NCBI GenBank assembly: GCA_963797555.1
Contig: CAWCPV010000007.1
Location: 160,001-224,000 of the forward strand
Source of the DNA: an uncultured Gammaproteobacteria bacterium
Lineage (GTDB): Bacteria; Pseudomonadota; Gammaproteobacteria; CAWCPV01
DNA length: 64,000 nucleotides
Direction: 5' to 3'
The position numbers and the translations under genes are program-made. Below are positions 22,571 to 33,697 of this stretch, one piece after another (the stretch's first letter is position 1; every line of letters begins with the position of its first letter). A model generated the notes under the pieces. It was given only the letters and a program-made list of their open reading frames with translations. It was not told where the DNA came from and did not search any database.

Positions 22571-24141
22571 TCAAGCGGGCGCAGGAAGCGGCGGTGCCTC
22601 AAAGCCGCGGCGTCGGTGGGCGAGGACATCTCTGAGATAGCACAGCGGGGAGCTCAATCGCAGCCGAGAAGTCTCGATCACACTGGCGAGCAGCGCCAGC
22701 GCCCGGCTGCCTTGTTCGCTGCGGGTCCCCTGGCTGATGCGACGCAGAATCACCCAGTGACGCAGCGCCCGCTCCGCCACGTTGTTGGTCAGCGGCAGCT
22801 GAGGCTCATCCAACACCCGGAAGATCGCCCCCCAGTCGTTGAGCAGCTCCTTGCCCAGCGCCTGGGCCTTGTCATAAGGGCAGCAGCTCATGCGTTCACA
22901 CAGGGCCGTGGAGCTCGTTCGAGCTCGCCCGGGTGGGCTTGCCGCAGGGAGCCGCCCGGTCCCTCGCGGGCGTGATAGACGGCCTGCATCAGCGCATCGA
23001 GCAGGTCATAGACCGCCTGGCCGTAGCCCTGGAGGGTGGGCGAGAGGCAATCCCTCAGGCCCCGGGCCTTGCGAATGAGATGCGCCCAGCAACGCAGGCG
23101 CTTGGCATAGTCCCGATAGACCTGGTACCCATCGCTCATCAGATAGCCGCAGAAGAGATCCTCGATGAGGTTCTGAAACATCTCTTTGGCGCGAGAGCCG
23201 ACCAAGAACAGCGCCGTCGAGGCCGAGATGAACACCCATAACCACAAGGGCTCTCCCCATTGCTTGTGCGGTGTCTCATCGGCATGCATGAGGGCCGCTT
23301 CCAGCAACTGGGTCACCAGCTCATCCTCGACCGGCTCGCAGGCACGGGCGGTCTCCATCACGCATTGGTGGAGGGTGCCGATGCCGAGCGCCAGCCCAAA
23401 CACCTCGTGCAGGAACTCCCGGACCAGGCGGATGGACAGGCGCATCCGAAACCGCAGCCAGACGATGAAGGCGCACAATCCCGGCCCCACCAGGCGCCAC
23501 TCGCCAAGCTCCACCCCTCGCCAGCATCCCAAGTGCTCGGGCGCGCGGTGCGGCGCCTGCCGGGTCTCATGACCACAGTCGCAACGGCTCTGGTAGTATA
23601 CCTGCCGCGTGCAGGTCAGGCGCAGCCCCGGCGCCTGCTCATCGCCAAAGACCAAGTCCAGCCTATCAAAGGCGGTGTAGGGCTTCGCCTGCTCAGGATT
23701 GAGCGCCCCACCACACAGCGCACAACTTCCCGGCCGATGATGGTCCCAATCGGTGACTGTCAGCTTCTGGGCGCGCCCGAATCCCTGGGAGCCAGGCTGC
23801 CGGCCCGCTCGGCGCTGCGTCCCTGAGGTCTTGCCACTCGTGTCCTTTGCGCCCTTCTGGCCGCCAGCCCCGGGGAGGCCATCCTCCTCAGAACGGCTCT
23901 TGGCCTCCTCGTCCTCAGGACCGGCGTCGGCCTCTTCGTCCTCCCGCGCACGCAGCCAGGGGTCTTGACTGCTCGGCGGACGAGAGCTATTGGAGGGACT
24001 CTGATTGAGCCGCTCCCACGCTTCCTTGAGATCCTGCAGCAGGCGGATGCTCAGCGCTGCCAGCGCATCGGGATCCTTCTGCCTCAGCTCCAGAATGCGC
24101 TCCTCGCTGAGCTGACGAAGGTCGTGCTCCTTGAGCACCAT
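22571..24141 (-). CDS. IS66-family transposase (frameshift near 22915)
   Basis: NSSRPPS, HADET, SDGYQVY, CWAHLIR, TNNVAERALR. Confidence 0.9.
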
Positions 24142-24388
24142 GATTGTGTGTGACAGTGAGGTCGAGGAACATCCTGCCAAGGGCACCCAACTGTCTCACG
24201 CTGGAACCGTTTTGTCCAGCCCTCCGGGTCAAAATATTCCAGGGGGGTGAACGGTTACCTCATCGAGTGCAAAATGCCGGAACCGCCCGTCACGGAACCA
24301 GTTGGGATCAATTCGATTTGCTGCCAAGTGGTTGTGAAATAGTGAAACTGATATTTGACTGCCGGCGACCTACATGAGCGCAATAGCG

Positions 24389-24717
24389 CTAATACTCCTC
24401 CGAGGTGGCCACCGACACGCCGAGCCGGACGATCCGCGTCACTTTGTCGAGCGATCCCAAATGCTGTCTCGCAACCGCGAGGGCGTTGAGCGCCGCGAGG
24501 TGGGCCGCCTTGCGCCCCGCTTCCACATCGAGCTCCGCGCCGACGCGCCCAATGAATTTCGCCCCGCGGCCTTCCGTGGGAAGCATGCCGGTCAGGAAAC
24601 AGCAGGTTGCCCGGTCTGCACCGCCTCCACATAGATGCCGAACGGCTCCGGCGGCGCCGGGAGCTTGATGCCGAGCTCGGCGAGACGGTCCTCGGCGGTC
24701 GTTGAGTTTGTGGTCAT
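24389..24717 (-). pseudogene. RidA family protein, frameshifted and C-truncated
   Basis: AEDRLAELGIKLPAPPEPFGIYVEAVQTG...LAALNALAVARQHLGSLDKVTRIVRL; ends early. Confidence 0.75.
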
Positions 24718-24735
24718 GACGAAAGCTCCTTTCAA

Positions 24736-25464
24736 TTACCAGCGGCCGAAATGAGCGCCGCCATCGACGTACAGGATGTCACCAGTGACCGTCGCGGCGT
24801 CGGTCAGGTACATGACCGCGTCCGTGATGTCCTTGACGTCGAAGGCCGACCCATCGGCGACAGGCTCTCCATCACGTCCTTCGGAGTCTCCCGGTGAAGC
24901 GGCGTGTCGACGACGCCCGGCGCGACGGCGTTCACGCGAATGCCGTCTTTCGCGTACTCCATCGCCAGGTGCTGGGTGATCGTTTCAAGACCGCCTTTGG
25001 TGATCATCGGCACCGCCGCCGTGACGCCCCGGATCGGGTTGCGAGCAAGGGCCGCCGTGATCGTGACGATGCTCCCGCCGGTCTTCTGCGCTAACATTTG
25101 CTTGATGCAGAGTTGGGTGACGTACAGGAAGCCCTCGAGGTTCGTCGAGACGAGCGACTTGAAGTCCTCGGCCGTGTAGTCCGTGAACGGCTTGGTGAAG
25201 AAGATGCCGGCGTTATTGACCAGCGCGTCGATCGACTTGAAGCGAGATAGCGCCGTCTCGACGATCTTGGCGGCAGTTGCCGGCTCGCCGATGTGGCCGT
25301 CCACCAGAGCGACGCTGGTCGGAAGCCGCGACCTCGGTGGATTGGGTCACCTTCCGGGAATTGGCAACGACGTTGAAACCCCGTTCGACAAACCCTTTCA
25401 CGATTCCCGCGCCGATTCCCTGCGAAGCTCCGGTCACGATGGCTGTCTTCCGTGGGCCGCTCAT
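24736..25464 (-). CDS. SDR family oxidoreductase (frameshifted)
   Basis: TGASQGIG, NNAG, IRVNAVAPG, LYVDGG. Confidence 0.85.
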
Positions 25465-25519
25465 GGTTGTTTACCTCGAAAACGTCTTGTCACTGGAAAA
25501 AATTCGATGGTCAAGCGGA

Positions 25520-26527
25520 TCAGAAATCCGCGTCCAGCACGATGCGGTAACGGGCCTTGCCTGATTCAAGTCGGGCGAAGGCCTCGTTGATCTTGCTCAT
25601 CGGGAAGTGCTCGGTCTGCGGCGCGATATTGTGCCGTGAAGCAAAGTCGAGCATCGTCTCGATCGCCACCGGCGAGCCGGTCGGCGAACCCGAGACGCTG
25701 CGCTGCTGCACGATGAGCGAGAACGCCGCGACCGGGATCGGTTCCAGCACGGCGCCGACGACGTGCAGCCGGCCGTTGGGCGCGAGCGTGCCGATCATCG
25801 CGTCCCAATCGAGCTTCACGTTGACGGTGCTGATCAGGAGGTCGAAGCTGCCGCCGAGTTTCTTGATCGCCGCCGAGTCCTTGCTCGACACGACGTGATT
25901 CGCCCCGAAACCTTTGGCTTCATCGAACTTGCTCTCGCTCGACGTGAACGCGGTCACGTCGCAGCCGTAGGCGGCGGCGAACTTCACGGCCATGTGCCCC
26001 AACCCGCCGATGCCGATGATGCCCACCCGGTCGGTCGGCTTGGCGTACATCGCCAGCGGCGCGAAGACGGTGATGCCCCCGCACAAGAGCGGCCCGGCTT
26101 CGGCGAAGTTCAGCTTTTCCGGCAGCGGGATGGCCCAAGCCCAGTGCGAGCGGATGTGGGTCGCGAACCCGCCGCGATGACCGACGATGGTCGCTTGCAC
26201 TTGCGGGCAAAGGTGATGGCTTCCCGACATGCACTGGTGACAGTGCATGCAGCTGCCCGAGTTCCAGCCGACGCCGACGCGCTGTCCGACCTTGAGACCC
26301 TTGGCATTCGGACCTATGGCCGTGACCCGACCGATGACCTCGTGGCCGAGAATCGCGGGGTACTGCGAAATGCCCCAGTCATTGTTCAAGACGGAGAGAT
26401 CGGAGTGACACAAACCGCAGTGTTCGACAGCGACTTCAACGTCCTCGGCCCCGAGCGGTCCGAGATCAACGGTTTCGAGCACCATCGGCTGCTTCGCCGC
26501 CTTCGCAACCCATGCCTTATCATTCAT
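25520..26527 (-). CDS. Zn-dependent NAD(P) alcohol dehydrogenase / aldehyde reductase (Ahr/YjgB-like)
   Basis: GLCHSD, GHE, CxxCxxC...C, GIGGLG; real start MNDKAW at 26527. Confidence 0.88.
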   Translation of the reverse strand: MNDKAWVAKAAKQPMVLETVDLGPLGAEDVEVAVEHCGLCHSDLSVLNNDWGISQYPAILGHEVIGRVTAIGPNAKGLKVGQRVGVGWNSGSCMHCHQCMSGSHHLCPQVQATIVGHRGGFATHIRSHWAWAIPLPEKLNFAEAGPLLCGGITVFAPLAMYAKPTDRVGIIGIGGLGHMAVKFAAAYGCDVTAFTSSESKFDEAKGFGANHVVSSKDSAAIKKLGGSFDLLISTVNVKLDWDAMIGTLAPNGRLHVVGAVLEPIPVAAFSLIVQQRSVSGSPTGSPVAIETMLDFASRHNIAPQTEHFPMSKINEAFARLESGKARYRIVLDADF

Positions 26528-26827
26528 CGCGTCGCCTATTCTGAAAGGTGGGCCGGATTGGCCCTCCGTGGAAACTCTGACGTAGCCGGCGGCCTGCAGG
26601 TGCCTCACCTGCGAGGTGAGAATAGGCCACAGGCAAGGCAGATACAATCTGGGCGTCACACGCCGTTCGGTGTGCGACGGTCTTGGTCCGACGGCCCCAC
26701 AGGTAGGCTGGATTGGCACAACGGGATGCGTCGGACCCCGGCTTCGCGCTTGCGGTAGCGCCTTTGTGCACACCAGCTCACGGTCGCAGAGCTTCCGCGG
26801 GCCTGCGGTTCTCGGTCCAGCGCGCCG

Positions 26828-26912
26828 TGAGAGGCTCGCAGCGAAGATCTGGTTCGGGCGCACCGCGGCGTCGTCGCCCTCCGGCCCGTCCGGCACGTCG
26901 AACAGGCCGCCG
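26828..26912 (-). pseudogene. Fragment of an amylo-alpha-1,6-glucosidase (glycogen debranching enzyme)
   Basis: GLFDVPDGPEGDDAAVRPNQIFAASL contains the RPNQ motif of GDE_C enzymes; no complete ORF. Confidence 0.55.
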
Positions 26913-27005
26913 GTTTATGAAGCGCTGGAAGCCTCGCCGGGCGCCCTCCTTTGGCGCAGGGCCAGCCAACACGAACTCCCGATTCCCACGGTACCCCCTC
27001 AACTC

Positions 27006-27869
27006 TCACCCTCCGGTCTCGAATCCAGGATAGAGCGTCATTCCGCCGTCCACGAACAGCGTGATCCCGTGAACGTAATCCGAATCGTCGGAGGCGAGCC
27101 ATACCGCCGCACGGCCGATCTCGTCCGGCTCTCCGATGCGTTTATAGGGTATAAGCTTGAGAAGATCGGCGTATGCCTCGCGGCTTCCCCACGCTTCCAT
27201 GTTGATGGGCGTACGAATGGCACCGGGCGCAATGCTGTTCACGCGGATGCGGTAAGGCGCCATTTCCTGCGCCATGCTTTTCATCATGAGCATGACGCCG
27301 CCCTTCGATGCGGCGTAATTCACATGGCCCGCCCAAGGAATCACCTCGTGCACCGAGCTGATGCAAATGACCTTCCCGGCGGCGCAGGAGATGTCTCTGT
27401 CGACTCCTTGCTTCTTGAACTGACGCACGGCTTCCCGGGCGCAGAGGAACTGGCCGGTGAGGTTCACGCCGATCACGAAGTTCCAATCGGCAAGCGTCAT
27501 CTCATCGAATCGTGCGTCTTTCTGAAGCCCGGCGTTGTTGACCAGGATGTCCAGGCGTCCAAACCGCTGGACGACGTCCTGAACCATGGCCTGCACCTCG
27601 TCCTCCTTGCTGACATCCGCCGAATAAGCGTAGGACTCGGCGCCGCAGCGCTTGATTTCGTCCACGACCTCGTCGGCCAGCTCTTTGCGGCTCACATAAT
27701 TGACCACCACGTCGGCACCGGCATGACCCAGGGCGGCGGCGATGGACTTGCCGATTCCCGAGTTGGCACCCGTCACCAGAGCTTTCTGGCCTTTCAATAC
27801 TTTCACAACGGAGCAGCGCGGCATCACCGGTTCCGGAAATTCTTCCTCGATGAATCTGGTATCGATCAT
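27006..27869 (-). CDS. Glucose 1-dehydrogenase-like SDR
   Basis: TGANSGIG, NNAG, SSVHEVIPW, YAASK, VDGGMTLYP. Confidence 0.85.
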   Translation of the reverse strand: MIDTRFIEEEFPEPVMPRCSVVKVLKGQKALVTGANSGIGKSIAAALGHAGADVVVNYVSRKELADEVVDEIKRCGAESYAYSADVSKEDEVQAMVQDVVQRFGRLDILVNNAGLQKDARFDEMTLADWNFVIGVNLTGQFLCAREAVRQFKKQGVDRDISCAAGKVICISSVHEVIPWAGHVNYAASKGGVMLMMKSMAQEMAPYRIRVNSIAPGAIRTPINMEAWGSREAYADLLKLIPYKRIGEPDEIGRAAVWLASDDSDYVHGITLFVDGGMTLYPGFETGG

Positions 27870-28056
27870 TTTCCCGTCCTCCAGTCGCTTTACGGATAGG
27901 CACTTCGGGCGCCCGCGTCGACCGCTTTCTCGCCTCAGAGCGAGGCGGAGTCAAGCCTCGGGGCGCGAGGCGGCCGCACCGAGAGTGCACAGACACGGTC
28001 TACCGCCGCACATGTTCCGGCCCCGCCCAGGCCACGCACCTTGGTCAGCGGCCCGC

Positions 28057-29523
28057 TCAGGCCGCCGCCTCCTCGCCGGGCAGTCCCTGCGCCGCCAGTG
28101 CGGCCCCGACCCTGAGCCCCCAGGCATAGATGGTGAGCGCCGGATTCACCCGGCTGGAGCGCGGCAGCACGCTGCCGTCCACCACATAAAGCCCTTCCAT
28201 CCCGTGTACCTTGCCCCCGGCATCCACCACCGAGTCGTCGGCATCCTTGCCGGTGACCAGCGTGCCGCAGGCATGGGCCGTGGCCTCGATCGGCATGAGG
28301 CGCGCGACGCTCACCAGGCCGAGGCCGAGCAAGCCGCGGCGGAAGGTCGCTACGAAGCGCCGGTGCTCGTCGAAGGCCGGGCGGATTCGCGTCGGGTCGT
28401 AGTCGACCAGTGGGCGGTCCGTCCCCTCGGCCCGAGCCGCCACGCGGTTGTCGGGGTGGCTGCCGTCCTCGGTGGTGAGGAAGAATCCGTAGGCATGCCG
28501 GCCCATGGCCGCCGCCAGGAAGCGCGGTGCAAAACCCGGCGCCTGCGTCACCACCAAGTCGCCGACGATGCCGCCTCCGAGGGCCTGAAGAATGCTGTGC
28601 GGGCAGTCGTCGTGCATCAGCAAGGCGGTTTTGCAGAGCACGTCGGTGCGCCGCGAGGCGCCGAAGGCGATGAGGATGGTGTTCAGGTGGGTCTTGAAGT
28701 TGCGCCCGATGCGCCGATAGCTAGGGAGCTGGGCGGCGAGCCCCTGGTCCTCCACGTACGCCTGCAGCAGGCGCGGCGAGTGCATGGCGCCGGCGGCGAG
28801 CAGCACGTGGCGGGCGCCATATTCGGTGCCGTCGGCGAGCCGCACCCCGGTGATGAGCCGCGGGTTGCCGAAAGCACCGACCAGCGCAGCGACCGGGCTG
28901 CCCGTCACGATGCGCAGGTTGGGACGGTCCTCGACCTTGGCCAGCATGGCCGCCTCCGCATCGGACTTCAGCCGGTGGGGCACGGCATAGCCGTCGAAGT
29001 GGCTCGCCTCCGCGGGGTGCTCCAGGATGTCCGAAACCAGCCCGATGGGCATGGCATGCTCGTGCCAGCCGGCGTCCTTGCGCGCTAGCCGGGAGAATAT
29101 GGCGCGCAGGTTGCGCTCGACCGGGAAGTTGCGCACCCCCAGCAGCCGCTCCGCCTCGTCGTAGAAGGGCGCCAGGTCCTCGTGGCCTATGGGCCAAGCG
29201 CGGCACTGGTGGGGCACGTCGTCGCCGAACTCATGGGGACTCAAGCGCAGCAGAGCCGCGCCGTACCACTTGGTCTTGCCGCCGAGGTTGAAATACTCCT
29301 CGGGGTAGACCGTTTTACCGCGGCCGTCCACCCAGGGCTCGTGGTTCTTGAAGGCGCCCTGGCGCAGGACCTTGTCGGGGTCCAGCGTGCTCCCGTCCTC
29401 CGGCAGCGCTGGCCCCTTCTCGATGACCAGCACGGAGCGTCCGGTCTGGGCCAGGCGATATGCGGCGGCAGAGCCGCCTGCGCCGGAGCCCACGATGACG
29501 TAGTCGTATGTCCTGTCGTTCAT
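28057..29523 (-). CDS. GMC family FAD oxidoreductase
   Basis: GSGAGG, LGGKTKWYG, HACGT, VDGS...VNPALTI. Confidence 0.88.
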   Translation of the reverse strand: MNDRTYDYVIVGSGAGGSAAAYRLAQTGRSVLVIEKGPALPEDGSTLDPDKVLRQGAFKNHEPWVDGRGKTVYPEEYFNLGGKTKWYGAALLRLSPHEFGDDVPHQCRAWPIGHEDLAPFYDEAERLLGVRNFPVERNLRAIFSRLARKDAGWHEHAMPIGLVSDILEHPAEASHFDGYAVPHRLKSDAEAAMLAKVEDRPNLRIVTGSPVAALVGAFGNPRLITGVRLADGTEYGARHVLLAAGAMHSPRLLQAYVEDQGLAAQLPSYRRIGRNFKTHLNTILIAFGASRRTDVLCKTALLMHDDCPHSILQALGGGIVGDLVVTQAPGFAPRFLAAAMGRHAYGFFLTTEDGSHPDNRVAARAEGTDRPLVDYDPTRIRPAFDEHRRFVATFRRGLLGLGLVSVARLMPIEATAHACGTLVTGKDADDSVVDAGGKVHGMEGLYVVDGSVLPRSSRVNPALTIYAWGLRVGAALAAQGLPGEEAAA

Positions 29524-29584
29524 GCTCTCACTCCACAGTGCCGCGACTGCCGACAAGCCGAGCCCGGCCCCCCGCAGGCCACGC

Positions 29585-30626
29585 TCACCGTTGCACCAAC
29601 AAGACGGCGTGGCCGTCCGGATCCTTGACCATCAACCCCTTGGTGAACGGCATCCCGCTAAGCGTCACCACCCGCGGCGACACGAAGGTCACGTTCTGCC
29701 TCTCCAGGGCCGGCACCAGCTCTTCCAGGTCGTCCACCTGCAGCACCGAGTGCAGCGTGCACGGTGTCAGCGGCATGCGCCCCGGGCGGCGTCGGCCGGC
29801 CTCCCGCCGGGGTCAGGTACTGGAGAAATTCGATTCCAGGTCCTTCGGGGCTCTCCGGGTGCAGCCCGGTAACCCGCACCACCGCCCCGAACGCACCATC
29901 CAGGTGCTCCTGGGTGGGTCCGCTATTGAGGCTTCCGCCGCCCACCTTGAGGCCCAGGAGGTCCCGGTAGAAGGCCAGGCTGCGCTCGGTGCCCGAAACG
30001 GTAATGGCCGAATGGTCGATGCCCAGGAACAGCCGGTCGCTGGGGGCGTGCCACTTGGGCCGGCCCTTGTCCGGCGGGAAGTAAAGCAGCTCCAGGGGGT
30101 GACCGTCGGGGTCCTTGAACTTGAATGCCTGGACGCCGGCCGCCGCGGCATTCGCGGCCGGAATGGTCTGAGGCTCGCTGGAGATGGCTTGAAACGGTGA
30201 CTCGCCGAGGTGCCGGTAGGCCTTCTCCATGTCCGAGACCACGATGGCGAGGTGCTGAAACCACAGGTCGTTGGAGCGGCTGTCTATCAGGATCGGCTCG
30301 CCTCCCGGGGCCACGAACTGGTCCAGCTCGATGGCCTTGTCGCCCAGCCGCAGAGTCACGCTGCGCACCCGTGCGCCGAAAACCCCGGTGAGGGCGTCGT
30401 AACTCGGGTCCACGATGCGCCGCTCGGCGACCTTCTGGAAGCCGAGCACCTTCTCGTAGAAGGCCTCGGAGCGGTCAACGTCCGATACGGTGAGCGCGAA
30501 CCCCTGGACAGCACGGACCTGACCCAGAGCCGGCAAGGCAGCGAGGCCCAGGAGCGCGGCGCACAGCCATGCACCTGCCGTCCGCCTGCGCCACATCACC
30601 GCCGTTCCCAGAACTCTAGGCTCCAT
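29585..30626 (-). CDS. Exported two-domain VOC/glyoxalase family protein (frameshift near 29780)
   Basis: TVSDVDRSEAFY, FQHLAIVVSD, DPDGHPLEL, IDHSAITV, KDPDGH. Confidence 0.85.
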
Positions 30627-30926
30627 GCTCAGCCTCCACTCGCGGAATCCCAGTGCCTTCCGGTCTCGCACCGCCAGGCGCGGCTCCGGCGTGCCGTCTT
30701 TCGGGAGGGCTCCGCCCTTTCCTGCTCCCGGCCCGTACAACAGCTCAGAGCTTGTGAAGAAATCGTCGCGAGCGGCCCGAGAGCAAGGCGCACGGAGCGC
30801 AGCGACGAGACATATCAAGTAGATAGGCGAGGAGCGAGCACCGCGCAACGCCGCTATCGGGACGCGCAGCAGATCTATTCACAAGCTCTCAGACCTGTTC
30901 ATGCCGGCGTGGTCCCGTAACGTGCT

Positions 30927-31403
30927 CTAGAACCCGAACTTCTTTCCGAGCAGATGATCCAGGGACAGCTTCCCCGGTCCGTGCAGCAGCAAGACCAACA
31001 GCATCAGCCCCCACACCTCGTGCTGCTCCAGGCCCGCTGCCATCAGCCCCGGATAAGAGATCACCGCGATGATGTTGAACACGAACAGCACGAATGCCGC
31101 GAATCTGCCCGCGAGCCCCAGCACCAGCAGCACCGGGAAGAACAGCTCGGTGAAGGCGCCCATGTAGGCGGCCACCTCGGGCGGCAGCAGCGGCACGTGA
31201 TACTCCTCCTGAAACAGCAGGACGGTCGTGTCCCAGCTCTGGATCTTGCTGAGCCCCGACCTGAAGAAGCCGTTGGCCACCCACAGCCGCAACGCGAGAT
31301 CCGCCAACGGGGACAGGAAATCCAGCCCGCGGTACACCACCTTTACCCAGCCGGCGGCACGCCCGAACAGCGACGGGGGCCCTGATTGCATGACAGCGCT
31401 CAT
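30927..31403 (-). CDS. DoxX family membrane protein (bufD-like)
   Basis: Hydrophobic; FFRSGLSK, ELFFPVLL, GPGKLSLD. Confidence 0.85.
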   Translation of the reverse strand: MSAVMQSGPPSLFGRAAGWVKVVYRGLDFLSPLADLALRLWVANGFFRSGLSKIQSWDTTVLLFQEEYHVPLLPPEVAAYMGAFTELFFPVLLVLGLAGRFAAFVLFVFNIIAVISYPGLMAAGLEQHEVWGLMLLVLLLHGPGKLSLDHLLGKKFGF

Positions 31404-32223
31404 GTTTCACCTCCGATAGCGAACACGGGTTCCTCGTTCGAAGCCACGAATTCACTGCTGAAAAACTCCACCAAAGTGCCGCGTAGCACGTGATGCTGCA
31501 GGCAGGCGCTCAGGTCGAAATCCGATTGCACGTCCAAGGCGGATTCGCAGGCCTGGGCAAACGTTCGGTCCGCGCCCAGCTCCCGTAGCAGGGTGAACTC
31601 GGCTTCGCCGAGCGGCTCCAGCTCGACCTCCAACCGCTGCCGGGCGACGAGGATGCGAACGCCGCCCTCGGCAAGGTCCACGACAGGATCGCCTTCGAAG
31701 CCCTCCTGATTGACTTGCCAGATGCGCAAGATGGGGTACGGAGACCGCACCAGGCGGGTCGCAGGGTGCAGGCGAAAACGAAGTCGTCCGTAATGGTCGG
31801 GGTCGAACGCCGCGAGCGCCGCCAGGTCCATCGGAGCGTGGCTCGCCTCGTGGAACACCCGGTGATAGGCCCACTCCAGCCGCGCAACGTCCGGCAGATA
31901 GGCTAGCTCCGCGGCGGGCGCCAACGCCTCCAGGAACTCGGCCAACTCTGCGCCGAAGTCGTGGAGGTTTCCGGATCGGGACGGGTGGGCCGGGACATAG
32001 CTCCTCGCCGCATAGCGGAAGAAGTCCCCGCCCACGAGCTTGTGCACCACCGGGTACACGGCTCCCAGGGCGTCCGTCAGGCTCGCAAAGGTGTTGTTGC
32101 GGTAAACCTGGAGCCTCTCTTGCCGCTCAGCCCCCGACCCTGTATCCGCCCAGCGAGACCGGCATCCGTCTCGCCGAACACGGACTGAGCGAAGGCGAGC
32201 TGCATATCACGCGGCGAGCGCAC
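31400..32223 (-). CDS. DUF2063 partner protein (bufC/HvfC-like), frameshift near 32120
   Basis: LQVYRNN, YPVVHKLVGGDFF, YLPDVARLEWA. Confidence 0.82.
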
Positions 32224-33075
32224 GGCGTTCCTCCAGGCAACTTTCCGCTCGGCGGGCCTCGGCCAGCAGCACGGCGAGAGGCGGGATGTCGGCGTCCCAC
32301 TCGATGAGCGTCGGAGCCGCCCCGAAGCGCTCCAGGGCGCAGCGATAGAGCGCCCAGACCGGATCGGCGACGCGCCGGCTGTGGGTGTCGATGAGAATCT
32401 CTCCGTCCTCGAAGCGGTTGACGCTGTAGCCGGCCAGATGAATCTCCTGCACCGGGGCGACGGGGATGGCGTCGAGGTAGTCGTGCGCGTCGAAGCCGTG
32501 GTTCGTCGCGCTGACGTAGACGTTGTTCACGTCCAGCAGGATCCCGCAGCCCGAGCGGCGGGAGACCTCGGACAGGAACTCCGCCTCGGGGATCGTAGAG
32601 TCTTCATACTGCAGGTAGCTCGATACGTTCTCCACCAGTATCTGGCGACCCAGGAATTCCTGGACCTGCGCGATGCGCTCCGCCACGTGCCCGAGCGCTT
32701 CCTCGGTGTAGGGCAGCGGCAGCAGATCGTTCAGGTAGCGCCCCCCACGGAGCTCCAGGACAGATGCTCCGAGACGAGGAACGGCTCGACGCGCCGCGAG
32801 AGGGCACTGAGCTGCTGCAGGTGCCCCACACTCAGCGGGTCTGTGGAGCCGAGGGACAGCCCCACCCCGTGCAAGCTCACGGGATAGTGGGCGCGCACCC
32901 GCTCCAAGTAATCCAGCGGCGGGCCGCCGCCGAAGTAGTTCTCGCTGTGCACCTCCAGCCATCCGACGGCTGGAAGCGTGTCCAGCACCTCGCGGTAATG
33001 GACCGCCCGGAGGCCGATCCCGGCACGCGCCGGGACCGGCTCCAGCTCGCCGCGCTTTGCATCCGGAGCGAGCAT
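32207..33075 (-). CDS. DUF692 multinuclear non-heme iron oxidase (bufB-like), frameshift near 32745
   Basis: [52 protein letters not shown]. Confidence 0.9.
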
Positions 33076-33083
33076 GACCCGCC

Positions 33084-33350
33084 TCACCCCTTCTTCGGCT
33101 CCAGGCTGCCGCCCACGATCTTCTCGCAGGCCCCCTTGGGCAGATAGATCCACGACATGGGGTCGCTGTCCATCTTGACCTGCCCGGCACAGGCGTGGGT
33201 GCTGGTCTGACAGTCGTTCTTGCCGGCCTTGACGACGCCGTAACACTTCTCGGCTTTCTTCTCGGCGGCCACGGCCTGTCCGGCGCTCGCCAGGCCCAGC
33301 GCAACCACGCCAGCCATCGCGGAAATCAGAAGGGTCTTCGTGTCTCTCAT
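33084..33350 (-). CDS. DUF2282 bufferin-type precursor peptide (bufA1-like)
   Basis: Signal peptide then [14 protein letters not shown]...HACAGQ...[15 protein letters not shown] (four Cys). Confidence 0.88.
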   Translation of the reverse strand: MRDTKTLLISAMAGVVALGLASAGQAVAAEKKAEKCYGVVKAGKNDCQTSTHACAGQVKMDSDPMSWIYLPKGACEKIVGGSLEPKKG

Positions 33351-33697
33351 CGACGGTCTCCTATCAGCATCTCACTCAGGATTCAGGCTCCTTGCCCAAG
33401 GCGCCGCGCTCTGCGCGGCCTCGTCCCTGAGAACCGACCCGCGGGACGCGGGGCCTGGCCCGGCGTGCTCCCCGCGGATGGTGACAATTGTGGCGGGTCG
33501 ATCTCACGGCACGTTCACGAACGGATAACATTTCTGTTACGGGCGGGATCTGCGCCGTCGTCTCCGCCGGTGCCCCCAACCCCCGGCTCGGCGGGGCGCG
33601 CAGGAGCAGCAAGACGGGTCTGGTCGTGCACAGAGTTCCGCCGGGAACACCCGGCCGCGGGGTGCCCGCGCCGTGCCTTGGGAGAAGCCCCAAGCCC

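Larger units (their letters stand above)
21758..24258 (-). mobile_element. IS66-family element copy 1 (2501 bp) with DUF4338 passenger; internal deletion of about 190 bp
   Basis: Termini GTAACCGTTCA ... TGAACGGTTAC; near-identical to 38825-41514 in inverted orientation. Confidence 0.9.
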
